DNA of 63,383 nt, counting the filler, from Aduncisulcus paluster (taxonomy: Eukaryota): the NCBI GenBank assembly GCA_024181965.1. It is 8 parts of 8 records of this genome, joined end to end, with 100 filler letters (N's around TTAATTAATTAA, not from the genome) between each part and the next. Parts side by side here need not be neighbours in the genome. Positions count along the whole stretch, not along the records: positions 34,242 to 52,572 come from BQXS01010180.1; positions 52,673 to 54,833 come from BQXS01010181.1; positions 54,934 to 60,079 come from BQXS01010183.1; 5 more parts are not named here. The stretch is one strand, 5' to 3'. How positions within the stretch are numbered: position 1 is the first letter of the stretch; the number at the start of each line of letters is the position of its first letter. A model generated the notes under the pieces. It was given only the letters and a program-made list of their open reading frames with translations, did no database searches and was not told the DNA's origin. The position numbers and the translations under genes were made by a program. Positions 46,663-59,147 of the stretch are shown in pieces.

Positions 46663-46841
46663 GTTTAGTTTGTTTTATTTCCTATTTATATCTATATATA
46701 TCTATTTTTTTCTCTTTTGTATTTATTTTTGTTGCATGTTGAGTGCTTTGAACAAATCATTCCTTTCTTGTTCTATTATTATAGTAGTAATTATTAATAT
46801 CTTTTGAATATCGTTTTTTCTGTAATATTATGAAGGATCTA

Positions 46842-46882
46842 TATTAATTTTCTATTAATTTTCTATTAATTTTCTATTAATT
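46842..46882. repeat. 11-bp minisatellite (TATTAATTTTC), about 3.7 copies
   Basis: Read directly from the sequence. Confidence 0.8.
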
Positions 46883-48195
46883 ATTGTTTGATTATGAAAA
46901 GGTCTCGTTAACGCTAATATTTTTTGTATCAATCCATTTTTTTTTTTTTTTTTTTTTTTCCAAGGAAGTTAGCGTACTCAAGTTTTCGCTCTTCTTTCGA
47001 AATTATTTTTATTTTTATTATTACACAAACATTTCAAATATTGATTGTTGTTGTTTTGTCAAAGAATTTGATCCAAATTGCACGCAATCAACTTCAATGA
47101 TATTATTTGGCTGTTTTCGGTTAAATCGTATATGGCTTCCATAATTCTTCCGGAGCTTTTTTAAATATTATGGATAGATGCTTCTCTTCCTTTCCTTTTT
47201 CTCTTTTTTTTTTTTTTTGTAACCAAATTTTTGTTTTGTTTTAGGTCATTTTCATCGAGTTCATCAATGTTTGACTTGGTATTATGTACAGTATGTTTAG
47301 TCGTTCTAAATAAGGAGTAGTCAAACCCCCCATTGTGCAAATTGAAATAATATTTATGTTATTAGATCCGAAGAAAAATGTTCAGAACTTGCAGTGAATT
47401 TGGGGCAACCATTTTGGCAAAATAAATAAAATCTCATGTAAATGTTATATAATATGTCATCAATAATTCATCGATCCTTCGAATCCTTCTAATAAATCTA
47501 ATCCTTAATAGATCTAAAGGTAAATGAAGGATCGCCTAGATTGAAACAAACCTTTGATTCATACGTGGGATGAAAGCATTGGCTATCTACGAGAATTGGA
47601 GGAGCAAATTTAGATAATATGGGTAAGTATTGATAAAATAATTTTCAATAAATTAAGGTATGTGTCAAATGAATCTTCAAGAGAAAAAAAGATAAATGGA
47701 CAATGGAATAGAATAATTGAACATACAACAAAAATATTATTAGTATATTGTATTTTAGACAAAAAATATGAGCCAAATAGAATTTTAAACTTATAGATTG
47801 TGTCAAATAATCGACACTTTTTGTGGTAAGGCCATATAACCCATATGAAACACAATTGGAAATAATATCAAGAAGACGTGCTTTTAAGATACCTTTTTCA
47901 CCCTTTTCAGCCCGGCAAAAATCGCAGCAAAATGGCATCCGGAGAAAATCATTGTTTCTGACTTCAAGCTCAAAGTTTAAGATATTTTTCCGAGTTCTAC
48001 TACTCTCGTGTGATTTACTTATTGTCAATGAATCTCAAATCATCTGAGTCAATGTATAATTTGAAATAACTTATTTCGGTTGACCGAATGTCATCTTCAA
48101 AAGTAAAAATAGGAATTAAATTAATACACATTAGCTCATGGAATTAGAAGTACAGAAAAACAAAAAGGGAAAATAATTGTATTTTATAGATAAAT

Positions 48196-50059
48196 TTAGT
48201 GATATGTCTTTTCCTCATCTTCGTCACTTTCGCCGACGAGTCTTTGTTTCTTGATAAGAGCAAGACGATCCTCTCCATGCTTAAATACTTCATTGCTCAC
48301 TCCAAACCAGGGACGAACTAGAACACCAACCCAACATCCGAATGCACACCCGACAGTGAACACCATTCCACTCCATGCTCCACAAGAAACACCAGAGAAC
48401 AAATTTCCAACGTTACACCCATGGGCCCACCTCGAACCTATTCCAAGACAGAGACCACCAATGATGGCACCAATACACTCCCTCCAGTGTAACCAACGGG
48501 ACATGACACCCCAAGTTCCCACGAGACAGGATCCAACAGCACTTCCAACGGCAAGACCAATATCCATAACACAACCAGCATTGTCCCACAAAGGAGTCGT
48601 GAAAGACTTTGTACTTCCACCGTAATACTTAAGGTTCTGCATGGGAACACCGAGCCAGTAAAGGAATGAGCTTCCCCAATACAAGGTAGCTCCACTGCAA
48701 CCCCAGAGAGAACCAGTACACAACAAGAGCATAGCGTTACACAAACCCATCAAAAGACCTCCAACATATGGAGAGAAGAAAGGGAAATGCTTGACGGGCT
48801 TGATACAACCCTTGTCATTGAGACAGCTGCAGTGGATGTCACACATGGGATCAGCAGAACCAACACAGCAAGCAGTGTCAGAATGCTCCTCGGAAACAGC
48901 CTGAGAACCAATGTCTTGTCCAGTTTCCTCGTCAATGACAGGTTTAGGACAACAAGAACAGGGAAGGGAGGATTCATCCCAAGCAGGAGCAGCAAACTTA
49001 CCCTGAACTTTGGGAGGGAATATAAGATCCTTCCAAGACCAATCAAACTGACAAACACCGTTACCATAACGCTTGTTCCAGAGATGTTTTGTGACAAGAA
49101 TCACCAAAACGGCAATAGCAGCATAAATGACCCACATGATGAAAACAGCCAAGAAAGCAGGCATATGATCGTACAACTGGCCAGCTTTAATATGAGGAGT
49201 GTTATCAAGAGCAGGTAAAAATGTGATGGCAATCACAGATCCAGCACAGAAGAAAAATAGAGTCAATAAAGCTTTTGTAGACCCTTGGCCAGCTTCAACA
49301 AAGGTTCCACTGGCACAACTACAAGCGGTTTGCATTCCAAACCCAAAAATTATTGAACCAAGAAGACTAAATATTGTAACATTTGCGGAGGATGGATACA
49401 TTGAAATACCATTCACGACACCTTTTTTACACAAAGGAATAGCAATAGCGGAACAAATGGCCATAGCAACAAGCAATGATAATATTTTTGTTGGATCTGG
49501 ACCAGTATATAAACGTCTGAAAGCACCAGTAAAACCAAATGGGCAAANNNNNNNNNNNNNNNNNNNNAAGCTTTTGTAGACCCTTGGCCAGCTTCAACAA
49601 AGGTTCCACTGGCACAACTACAAGCGGTTTGCATTCCAAACCCAAAAATTATTGAACCAAGAAGACTAAATATTGTAACATTTGCGGAGGATGGATACAT
49701 TGAAATACCATTCACGACACCTTTTTTACACAAAGGAATAGCAATAGCGGAACAAATGGCCATAGCAACAAGCAATGATAATATTTTTGTTGGATCTGGA
49801 CCAGTATATAAACGTCTGAAAGCACCAGTAAAACCAAATGGGCAAACTTGCATAATTATACCAATCAGAGCTGGAATTGTCCAGAAGGCCATTTGTTGAG
49901 TGCTTATCAAACCCCCAAATAACCCCATACCAGTAATCATCAAGATGAAGGGGATGACTGAAAAAATTGGTTGCTAATGAGATGGAAATAAGATAATTGA
50001 TTCAAATAAGATCAGTAAAATTAATCCATATTAATACATACGACTGAATTTGATTTCAT
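48196..50059 (-). CDS. YeeE/YedE (TsuA-like) sulfur/thiosulfate transporter, intron-containing, with Cys-rich central loop
   Basis: FGFTGAFR, LLGSIIFGFGMQTACSCASGT and GGLCLGIGSRWAHGCNVG. Exon 1 is 50042-50059 and the intron is 49974-50041 (GTATGT...TAG), in frame with ORF 49413-49943. The split at 49548-49567 is a gap duplication. Confidence 0.88.
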
Positions 50060-50245
50060 TTTTATCAGATGATGCCAAATCGAGAAAATATCAGCATAAT
50101 ATCAAATACACGATTCTATTAATAATATTAATGGAATAATAGTTATTCAATACACATATTTAAAACTAGAAAAACTCAAGCCCGTTCTAATAGTGTAGAG
50201 TGCTGAGTTTAGCATGAATAGTGTTTTGCACAGCTTCTCGAAAAT

Positions 50246-52009
50246 ATGTATCCTTCAGAAACTACGTCAAGTGTTCCACAGGCTCCAACAGATAAGATAT
50301 ATGTCTCCACTTTGACAATGAGATCCATAGCAGACGTTGTTACTTTTGATTCGATGAGATCGACTGAATCAGATGAAGAATGGAGGACAAAATTAGCTGC
50401 ATTCAAGAACATTGCCACAATCTATGATAAAAGGAAAGTTGGAAATATTATTCTTGAAGAAACCAGTGATATTTCTGCTACTGTTGCTTCCAAGCAAAAG
50501 TATGCAAAGGATTTATATCCTGGAATTTACTTTGTTCCTGTCGATAAAGAGACATTAAAACCCGCCCTTCCAACTAAAAATGACTATTTTGATGATTTGA
50601 TTTGGCTCTCAACTTCTGAGGGTCTTGTTGTGTCTATCAACAAGATTGACAATCATTTATATGGAAGAACAGTGGAAGATTTGTCAGAGAAGACTTTGTA
50701 TGATGCGGATGATGTCGTTTATAGACTTCTTGCCCATTTCGATGACTCTGATTATTCTTGTCATCATCTGGGTGCTAAGAAGCCTTTCTTCTCAGTCCCA
50801 CTCTCGGGAAAACCCTTTGAGATGTCTGATATTATTTCTAAACCGGTTTCTAAATCAGCAACCACTTCTGAGGATGGTAAAGAATCTGGGGATTCTGGAA
50901 GAGTAGGAAAGTCCAAGGACGAAGACAAGAAGCAGATATCGAGCCATAAGGACGAAGAAGAAGACAGAGATGAAGCTGAAGAAGACGCTGATGATCATAT
51001 TTGGTACGATGAGCAAGAGGACAAGCTCCGACTCTTGTCCCTTCTCACTCTCCCTCTTCATGTTCCGGCTGTTATGAGCACAATCCCTCAGTTCTTGCCC
51101 AAGGACAAAGAAGATGTGGAGTATCTCCTTGTTCCTTATCTCGTTTGTCACGATATATCCGTGCAGTATGGATGTCGTCATTACATGCGGAAATGTGACC
51201 TTGAGTGTCCAAAATGCCACACATTCCACAAATGTCGGGTATGTCACGATGATGCCATGGGAGATGATCTCTCAACACACCATGAATTCACAACTGAACT
51301 TAGACACCAGATTACAAACATACGTTGTCGGATTTGTGGGAAAATAGGTCCCGCTCAGCAACATTGTTTTCACTGTGGTGTTGAATTAGGCCATATTTAT
51401 TGCTCCACATGCCATTATTGGGATGATTCTAGCAACAAAATGATGTTCCATTGTGATGAATGTGGAATCTGCCGGATTGGCCATCGTGATATGTTTACAC
51501 ACTGTAGAACATGTGGAGTGTGTATTATGAAGGGTATTGAACATGCGTGTAAAGGGTTTGAGCTCCAATGTCCCATATGCATGGAAGACCTGAAGACTTC
51601 TCGAACTTCGTGGAGATTTTTGCCCTGCAACCACGCTATTCACTTGTCATGTTTCTCCGAGTGTCTATATCAGGGTAATATTCGGTGCCCCATGTGCAAA
51701 CGGTCCATGATAGAGAGCGATAGTGCATTTATGAGCGTGGTTCAAACAGAGATCATCCAAAAGATTAAGGCCGCCCACAAGGACGGAAGTATGGTCTTCC
51801 CCGTATTCTGTTGTGAGTGTCAGCATAAGTTCAAGGCCGCTTACTGTTATGCTGGATACTTGTGTCCCAAATGCAAGAGCTTCAACACTGAGCTCGGAAG
51901 CAACCAACCTCTCCCCGGTGAAACCATTGAAGTCCCTCCGGAGATCCAGGGTCACATTCTTGAAGGAGATGAAGAGGGCGACTATGGAGAAGAAGAGGAG
52001 GAGGAAGAG

Positions 52010-52041
<32 letters not shown>

Positions 52042-52132
52042 AGAGGAGGAAGGGAGAGGAGAAGAGCATGAGAGGAAAGATGAAGAGGATGGAGAGGAAA
52101 GTAGTGATGTGGCAGCTGATATGGAATTATAG
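50246..52132 (+). CDS. CHY zinc finger / RING-H2 protein (RCHY1/Pirh2-like) with N-terminal extension and poly-Glu tail
   Basis: YGCRHYMRKC...CRVCHD, FHCDECGICRIG, CPICMEDL...LPCNHAIHLSC...CPMC and C-terminal CCEC...CPKCKSFNT. Confidence 0.92.
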
Positions 52133-52672
52133 CAATTAGAAGAGCATCATTTGGATAGAAGAAGAACACCAAGAAGGAAAAAGAGGTCTCCTAGGCGGGC
52201 TCTATGGATAAAATGGAAAAAGGTCGCATTTCGTGTTTATTTCATTCATGAAGTCGAAATTAATTGTATTTTGACATTATTTATTCTTCTTATACTTTAT
52301 TTCACCATAAAAAAATAGGCTTATTATTGCGGTTCCCGATGAGGAAAAGTGCCACTTTGCCAATATTGCCAACGAGTCTTGAATCAAGTTTGAAAGGATG
52401 AAAAAAAGATTAAGAATAGCATTAGTTCTTTGAATTCATGTTGAATCAATGTTTAGATTCTTATTGGGCTTCCAAACTCCTAAGTTCTGAAATGGTTATT
52501 CAACTGTCATAAAAATAAAGTAATATCATATGCACTTGCATTTTTAAATTGTTTATTATGTCGGTTTTATTTNNNNNNNNNNNNNNNNNNNNNNNNNNNN
52601 NNNNNNNNNNNNNNNNTTAATTAATTAANNNNNNNNNNNNNNNNNNNNNNNNNNNNNNNNNNNNNNNNNNNN

Positions 52673-54274
52673 AAACGAAGGAGAGAGGAAGAGGAGAAGG
52701 AAAGACAGAAAAAAGAAGAAGGAAGGAGACGAGAAGAGGAACAAGAGAGAGAGAGGATGAGAATCGAAGAAATGAAAAGAAAAGAACAGGAACGTGAAGA
52801 AGAAGATGAAGAAGTATATTTGCATCAAGAACAGCACATTGAAACAGAGGGAAAAGGAAGTTGTGATCATGATCAACAAATTGATATTGAAAGTTTAAGC
52901 GATTATGATTCTTCCCCTGATGTTGTTTCTTCTCAAAAGAAAGAATCTCGTCTAAAAATAGAACAACAACAGCTGGAGCCTCATATTGAGAAACAACGGG
53001 AAGGAGAAAGAGAGGAAGAAGGAATTATAGATGTGGTTGGTTCTAATCCACCTATCATATCACCAACACTTTCTGGTCAACAAAAGTCAACAAAAACTTC
53101 TCATTCCAAATCCTCATCTCTCAGTCTCAAGCCTGATCATGACAGTATTCTGAAACATCGCAAGCATGTTATTTCTCAGAAATTGTCTAAATTTAGAGCT
53201 TCTCACTTCATTCGTTTCCCCTCAAATGATGAACTTTTCTCGTTTGTTTCTCCGGTATTTCCGTCATTTTCCTCTTCTCTTCTCGTTTGTTTTTTGTTTA
53301 AATATACATTTACAATTGCTATCAAGAAATATAAAAGAATCCAAACATTATTAAAATTCTTCGAGCAGAAAGAGAGAGAAAGAAGGGAAAGAGAGCGAGA
53401 GCGAGAGATATATTATAGTTTTCCGGAAAATAATCCACTCAAACCAACCATCTCTTCCCCTTGTTCCTCTTGCTCAACTTCGACCTTCTTGGAATCCTAT
53501 TTCCAACCAAAACAACAACGGAATGAGAAGAATAATTCGATGATCTCTTTGAAAAAGACATTATTTGACTTCTTGGGTCAATGTTGTGAGTATTCATTCT
53601 CAATTCTGGATACAGATACACTCCAAACTAATCTTGAGAAACAAATCGATCAGTTTTTATTACCTCTTGCTGATAAAAAAGAGGAATCACAGGGGTTTTC
53701 TTGCCATGACATGTTGGCAATCTCTCTAAATCGAGATATTTTATCTCTATTTTTAGATTTTTCGCAGGGTGATATGGATGAACTCGAAAAGGCTTACAGA
53801 ATGAATGTTTTAAAAATTGCTCAAAATATTGTTTATTTTGCTTGTGGAAATGATGCTATTCCTTTTCTTCCGCAAAATAATTCTTCTTCTTCTTCTTCAC
53901 GTTCCGAAATAATTGAATCGAAATATTTTCATACAAAAACAAGGAAATCAAGATATTCAGAGAAGCAGATATATTCTTGTGTGTTTTGTGTTGTCAAGCT
54001 ATTATTAGACCAATCAACTTTCTCATTCTCTTCTCCTCTCATGTTTATGATGTTTTCAACATTTTGGGGCTCCATTAGTGGGGGATTAATGATGCTCTCG
54101 AGGAGAATTCGGCCTAAATTGGAGAATGGATATTCCTTGATTGATTTCCCAATGAGTACTGAAGAAGTCATTGGGATTACTGAAACTATTGAATCTATTT
54201 GTCATGGAGGGTTTAAATATCACGATGTACACACAGAACATGTAGAAGATGAAGGAATATGGATTGTTGAGTAA
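52673..54274 (+). CDS. Hypothetical protein, 5'-truncated, with charged N-terminus
   Basis: Open frame of more than 500 aa from the contig start. Confidence 0.65.
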   Translation, partial: KRRREEEEKERQKKEEGRRREEEQERERMRIEEMKRKEQEREEEDEEVYLHQEQHIETEGKGSCDHDQQIDIESLSDYDSSPDVVSSQKKESRLKIEQQQLEPHIEKQREGEREEEGIIDVVGSNPPIISPTLSGQQKSTKTSHSKSSSLSLKPDHDSILKHRKHVISQKLSKFRASHFIRFPSNDELFSFVSPVFPSFSSSLLVCFLFKYTFTIAIKKYKRIQTLLKFFEQKERERREREREREIYYSFPENNPLKPTISSPCSSCSTSTFLESYFQPKQQRNEKNNSMISLKKTLFDFLGQCCEYSFSILDTDTLQTNLEKQIDQFLLPLADKKEESQGFSCHDMLAISLNRDILSLFLDFSQGDMDELEKAYRMNVLKIAQNIVYFACGNDAIPFLPQNNSSSSSSRSEIIESKYFHTKTRKSRYSEKQIYSCVFCVVKLLLDQSTFSFSSPLMFMMFSTFWGSISGGLMMLSRRIRPKLENGYSLIDFPMSTEEVIGITETIESICHGGFKYHDVHTEHVEDEGIWIVE

Positions 54275-54937
54275 ATATTGTTACCTCGGGAACCAAGTCT
54301 TAACTTTTTCGAAAAGTCTTTTTGAAATCACTAAGTAATGTTAGTATGATGGTATTACAATGTTGTTTATTTATTATTGACAGAAACTATTATTATTATT
54401 TATTATTTTGAAGTTATCATCTTATTATATTAAAGGATTAAGAATGTTTTATTTTTTGGTTCCGGTTTGGTTTCAAATCCAAAAACTGGGAATTTATATT
54501 TTATTTCAAAATAGTAAATTTGCTCCAAGCATAAATTCTGTAGAACAGCTAACAGTAATCATTACTAGCATGCTGCATCTACTTGAATACAAGTTGTATG
54601 ATGCCCCAAATGAGATCTGAGTCAGATTGAAAAATTCCTATGCATAGGAATCCTATGGATTTCACATTGTGCATTGTTTTTTCGCAGTATAAATGTGAAG
54701 GTAATAACAATTAATCATTTATTAATAGAATTTTCCGATTCAGCATTATCACATAACTAGGTCCCTAAGTAGTATCTTCTTAAACAGCATCTTTCCATAC
54801 ATCTCATCTACCTCGCACTTTCTTACATCTCATNNNNNNNNNNNNNNNNNNNNNNNNNNNNNNNNNNNNNNNNNNNNTTAATTAATTAANNNNNNNNNNN
54901 NNNNNNNNNNNNNNNNNNNNNNNNNNNNNNNNNAAGG

Positions 54938-56212
54938 ATGGATAGAACAACCGTGGATTCAACAATGCACGGGTCAGACCTGGCCACTTCCTCCTCTTCT
55001 TCCTGGCCTGTGGGACTATTCCGTCCCAAGAAGCAACACAAGAGTTTCAGTCCACCTGCACAAGCCATTGTCTTGTATACCTTCAAAGCAAGACCTGGGA
55101 ACTCCGATGAGCTGAGTATTGAACGTGGAGAGCATGTTAATGTGTATTACCAGACTCAAGGCGGTTGGAGTGGATGTACAAGCAGTTCAGGCAGTGCTGG
55201 GACTGTCCCTTCATCGTATATCAAGCTTATCGAAGGAGAAGAGATGAACGAAGTCGATCCCAACTTCTACAATACAACCTCAACAAGGACCACAACCGAT
55301 GGAGATGCCACTTCAACCCATCATATCCAACCACCTTCTTCATCACCTCCCCGTGGCTTCAAGAAACAAGACAGGAGGAGATCATCAAAATTATCAACAT
55401 ACGCTCATTCAGTTGGTCCCTCTTCTTCCTCTTCCCCTTCCTCTTCTTCTCCTTCTGGGTCTAACATAATCACAGGAATCGATCCACCAAGTTCATTCTC
55501 GTCTGTTGTGTATGGTTCTGCAGTTGCTAAACGTTCAGTCGCAGCAGCATCGAGTGAGTCGTTGTCAATCAGAGCTGGCGTCCGTTATGAAGTGTTGAGT
55601 CGCAAACCCTATGATGACGATGAAAATGATGTACACCGTGAAGTGTTATTGAAGGATGAATTATCTGGCAAAGTAGGTTATGTTGGGAGAACTCTGATTA
55701 GTATTTCGTGGAGAGACGAACCATTCCACTCTTCTTCGTATTCTAGCGGCGGAAGAGGTGGCCATCACCATGATTATCATACTTCTTCTTCCTTGGATGC
55801 AAAGTCTCAGTCCTCAAAAATGCTCTCAGATGAAGAAATTGAGTATATGATTGAAGGAGAAGTGTTTATTAAGCATCATTCACGAGGAGGATATGCTGAA
55901 AGACATCTGCGCCTCGCTTCTGATTGTTCTTGTTTACTGATATCTCCTCCAGGGAAGAAATCAAAAAAGAAGAAAGGAGTGGTGATTGATCCTGAATCAG
56001 GGGCTGAAATTATTGAAATTGATCGTATTAGCTCGATAATGGTAGATCCTGAAAAGTCCCCAAATATTCTAGAAATTGAACTTGGGGAAGATAAAATTCT
56101 ATTGTTGCAAGGATCAACACACGATTTGGTCATGAATTGGGAAGCAATGCTATTGAAATTACATAATGAAATCATATCCATGGAAATGGAGGAAAATCCA
56201 CTTGCGAAATGA
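54938..56212 (+). CDS. SH3-SH3-PH-like adaptor protein (may be 5'-truncated)
   Basis: AIVLYTFKARPGNSDELSIERGEHV...GW...GTVPSSYI, a second degenerate SH3 (ESLSIRAG...GKVGYV) and a PH-like C-terminus (GEVFIKH...ERHLRL...NWEAML). Confidence 0.8.
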   Translation: MDRTTVDSTMHGSDLATSSSSSWPVGLFRPKKQHKSFSPPAQAIVLYTFKARPGNSDELSIERGEHVNVYYQTQGGWSGCTSSSGSAGTVPSSYIKLIEGEEMNEVDPNFYNTTSTRTTTDGDATSTHHIQPPSSSPPRGFKKQDRRRSSKLSTYAHSVGPSSSSSPSSSSPSGSNIITGIDPPSSFSSVVYGSAVAKRSVAAASSESLSIRAGVRYEVLSRKPYDDDENDVHREVLLKDELSGKVGYVGRTLISISWRDEPFHSSSYSSGGRGGHHHDYHTSSSLDAKSQSSKMLSDEEIEYMIEGEVFIKHHSRGGYAERHLRLASDCSCLLISPPGKKSKKKKGVVIDPESGAEIIEIDRISSIMVDPEKSPNILEIELGEDKILLLQGSTHDLVMNWEAMLLKLHNEIISMEMEENPLAK

Positions 56213-57019
56213 AATTGTGTTCTTTATATTCGATCGTTTCTAATCCTCAACCAATGCAAGGAAACTCGTTCTGCTGCCTACAATAAATCCCACCACGCCC
56301 TATGATGCCAATCAATATTTGGACTTTGGCATTGCCCTGTGGTGGGATAGTCACCAAAAGCTTAAAGATGGGATTCGGATATGCTTGAGAAATGGACCAA
56401 GCGTTCCGGCAAACAAAGCTCTTTTTCAGGAGTATCCGAAATGACGCTGTGGATTCCTCCGACTGACGTTGTGGATTCCTCCGAGAACTACGTTATTCAA
56501 CATCTACCCAACCCTTTTGGAGTGTCTCCTTCCTTCGTGATGATTTCCGATGCCACATCATCCTTGTTCCTTATTCTAATCTCATCGATCGTCGCCACCT
56601 CGAATAAGGCACGATCTTCTTCTTTCTTCTTCGGACCATTAAGAGACGGTGTTCTCATAACACAAAGGTGCTGGACTAGTCCATTTATGGACATTCCATC
56701 GACAAAAAATGTTAGACACTGAAGCCAAACATCCCAATGTCCGATCAATCCATTTCCGTAACTGTATTACCTGCCTTCTTGATCCGTCCTTTTGACTCGC
56801 TTTGATGTATTCTGAATATATCTGGAATGAATCATCATCATCGTTAGGGATGTATCGAGCATAAAACCCTCATCTTGGTCATGGTTACTCTCTGTAGTAA
56901 GGGTTGGCGTGCACTGCATATATGGCATATAGTATCATGAACTGAAGTTCAGGGTGTCAGCCACGAAGAAGCCTTTTCTCTGTTGCTTCATTCTATACTG
57001 TGAGTACTTTCTCGACCTC

Positions 57020-58315
57020 ATATACTGTCATGAACGGTGGGAAGAAGTGTTATGTATTCAGAGTATTTTCTGAAACAATCTTTCACTACATCATATATGA
57101 ATCTCATGGCCTTCTTGACTTATGCCTTTTCTTCATCTTTAAAGCGAAGTTCTTGCATAAAACTTCCTTTTTGCTTGCCGATATAGTCCATCAATGTGCT
57201 TCTCAGGGATCATATCCATACATTTCCGGCCAAACCAGACAAAGAATCTCTTAATATCAGAAGCAGGCCAATGTGTTCCCTTTACCATCAGTGGGATTTT
57301 ATCATTATTTGCCAGGTCGATCACCTATTTTGCAAAGGTCTTATCTTTCATGAAGTGTGAGAGGAAATACTTCATATGATCTCCGGCTATTCGTAACACA
57401 CACAAGCTACTCATGATATCTGGAAGAAGTTGGTGATCGATCGGATTATAAAACAGATCCGAGTCATGAAACATGGTTCTAGAAAAATTGGGGAGCATTG
57501 TACCTCACAAATGTGACGCCACGGAGTCATTTCCGTTTTTCGAGTTCCCGCTATCTCTGCTCTTTGTGGACTATCTGCAACGATACAGTTTAAATAGCCG
57601 AAACAAAGAGAATTTCCAACCACAAAACCATTTTGAAGAGATAGTATCTCGGATTTTAGGAAGTTTCCACCCGAGCTCCAACCATCTGTGACTTTTAAAT
57701 GATGTATATTTTCCATTTTGACTCTCTCCCGATACGGAATCGAACCTAATACACATTGACAGGAGTGACACTTGATCCTATCTATGATGGAGACCCCATC
57801 GATAAAGCCTTGAATTGGGAAGAAAAAGACATCCCGAGTTTCACCAGTTTCAGCCCACATCTTATCAAGAGTTTTCTCCTCTTTCACCTCTAATGGCTGT
57901 CCCTTTCTCACCTTACTCATGAACTCTATTCGGATAGATTCACCATCCTCCCCATCCCGAGCAAACCTTTGGACGATTGATATCTGGCCCCAAATCAACG
58001 CAATCTTATGTCTCATTCCAGAACATAACTCTCCTTGTTCAAATTTTGGTGGATCCCAGAGCTTGCATAGATTCCACTCCCTCTGTGGTAAAGTCTTCAA
58101 ATAAGATAAGATATTATACTTGATTCTCCTTGAAAATATTTCTTTTCTTGATTTAATACCGTATAAAACTCATATTTTGTTGGAACAGTGATTGGTTTTT
58201 TTTCTAAAAGATCTTTTTTTAAAAAATTCGACATTTCGTCAGCATCGGCTTGGGAAAGTTTCCCTTCAACTTGTTTTGCCAATATAAATTTGTGAAAACT
58301 ACCTTCTTTCATCAA
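57020..58315 (-). mobile_element. Decayed CACTA/EnSpm (CMC superfamily)-type DDE transposase
   Basis: Motifs in order across frameshifts and stops: FIDG, LGSIPYRERVKMENI, CIVADSPQRAEIAG...HICEV, DIMS, WPASDIKRF (WKAxE-like) and PTVH. Confidence 0.65.
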
Positions 58316-58385
58316 AATTTTTAGTTTGAACCGAAATTATTATGGATTCTCAGATTTTTCAAATTTTGCACAAATTTTCGCAGTT

Positions 58386-58800
58386 TCATATATTCCGTAA
58401 TATATTAGAGAAGTATTCACCTCTCGCTTGGCAGATGGGGCAAGTATCTCCACTGTGAGGAAAGTTGAGAATCCTCCAACGCTCGGGCGAATCGGCTGTC
58501 ACCATTGAAAGGTAGCCAACAATGTTGATCTCTTCACCACCACACTTGGCGCGGATTCCACTCTGCAGTCTGACCATGTCTTCTTCCTTTGTAAAATGCC
58601 CTCTGAAATGGTATTTGCCGTGAATAGTTCGCCATGTTGAATCAAATCCGGGGCTTCACAGAGAATTTCTCTCAGAGTCTGAGTATCTGAAATGAGTACG
58701 TTCTCACCATTTGAGCGGAGAAGGCTCACACGACCAATTTTGTCATTGTCAAATGGTTTCGGATCCCTCATCACAAGGGCCCGCAACAGTTCGGCCAACG
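58386..58800 (-). mobile_element. Second, divergent CACTA/EnSpm-type transposase fragment
   Basis: GYLSMVTADSPERWRILNFPHSGDTCPICQ (DxPxR...CxxC), paralogous to GYLNCIVADSPQR in the neighbouring copy. Confidence 0.55.
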
Positions 58801-59147
58801 TGGAGTTGAAGTGTGCCAGTAATAATAGAATAAATCTTCCACCTTTTTACACAAGTCTGGGGTCAGCTTTGGGGGAACCTTGGTGTGACTTCGAATATGC
58901 TCGAGATGGTGAAGAAGTCTTAAAGAACCGGTGGGATTGCCCATTACCGCACATTGAAATACCATTCCCATAAACGCTCCAGCATTTAGGGCATGGGATC
59001 GGCAGCCAGAAGAAGATGGGGGCGCAAAAAAATCCTCTAGGACACTGTAAGGGAGCATAGCCTTCTTAAACTTCAGAGAAAGAGGGAACACAGTGAGAGG
59101 GAACTTTTCTGTTGGAAGGTTTCTCAAGATCTCTTTAGTCGCTTCTT

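Noticed and set aside
47472-48047. 9-bp inverted repeat (47472-47480/47526-47534) and short ORFs at 47610-48047
   Set aside because: The repeat is short enough to be chance and the ORFs have no recognisable motif.
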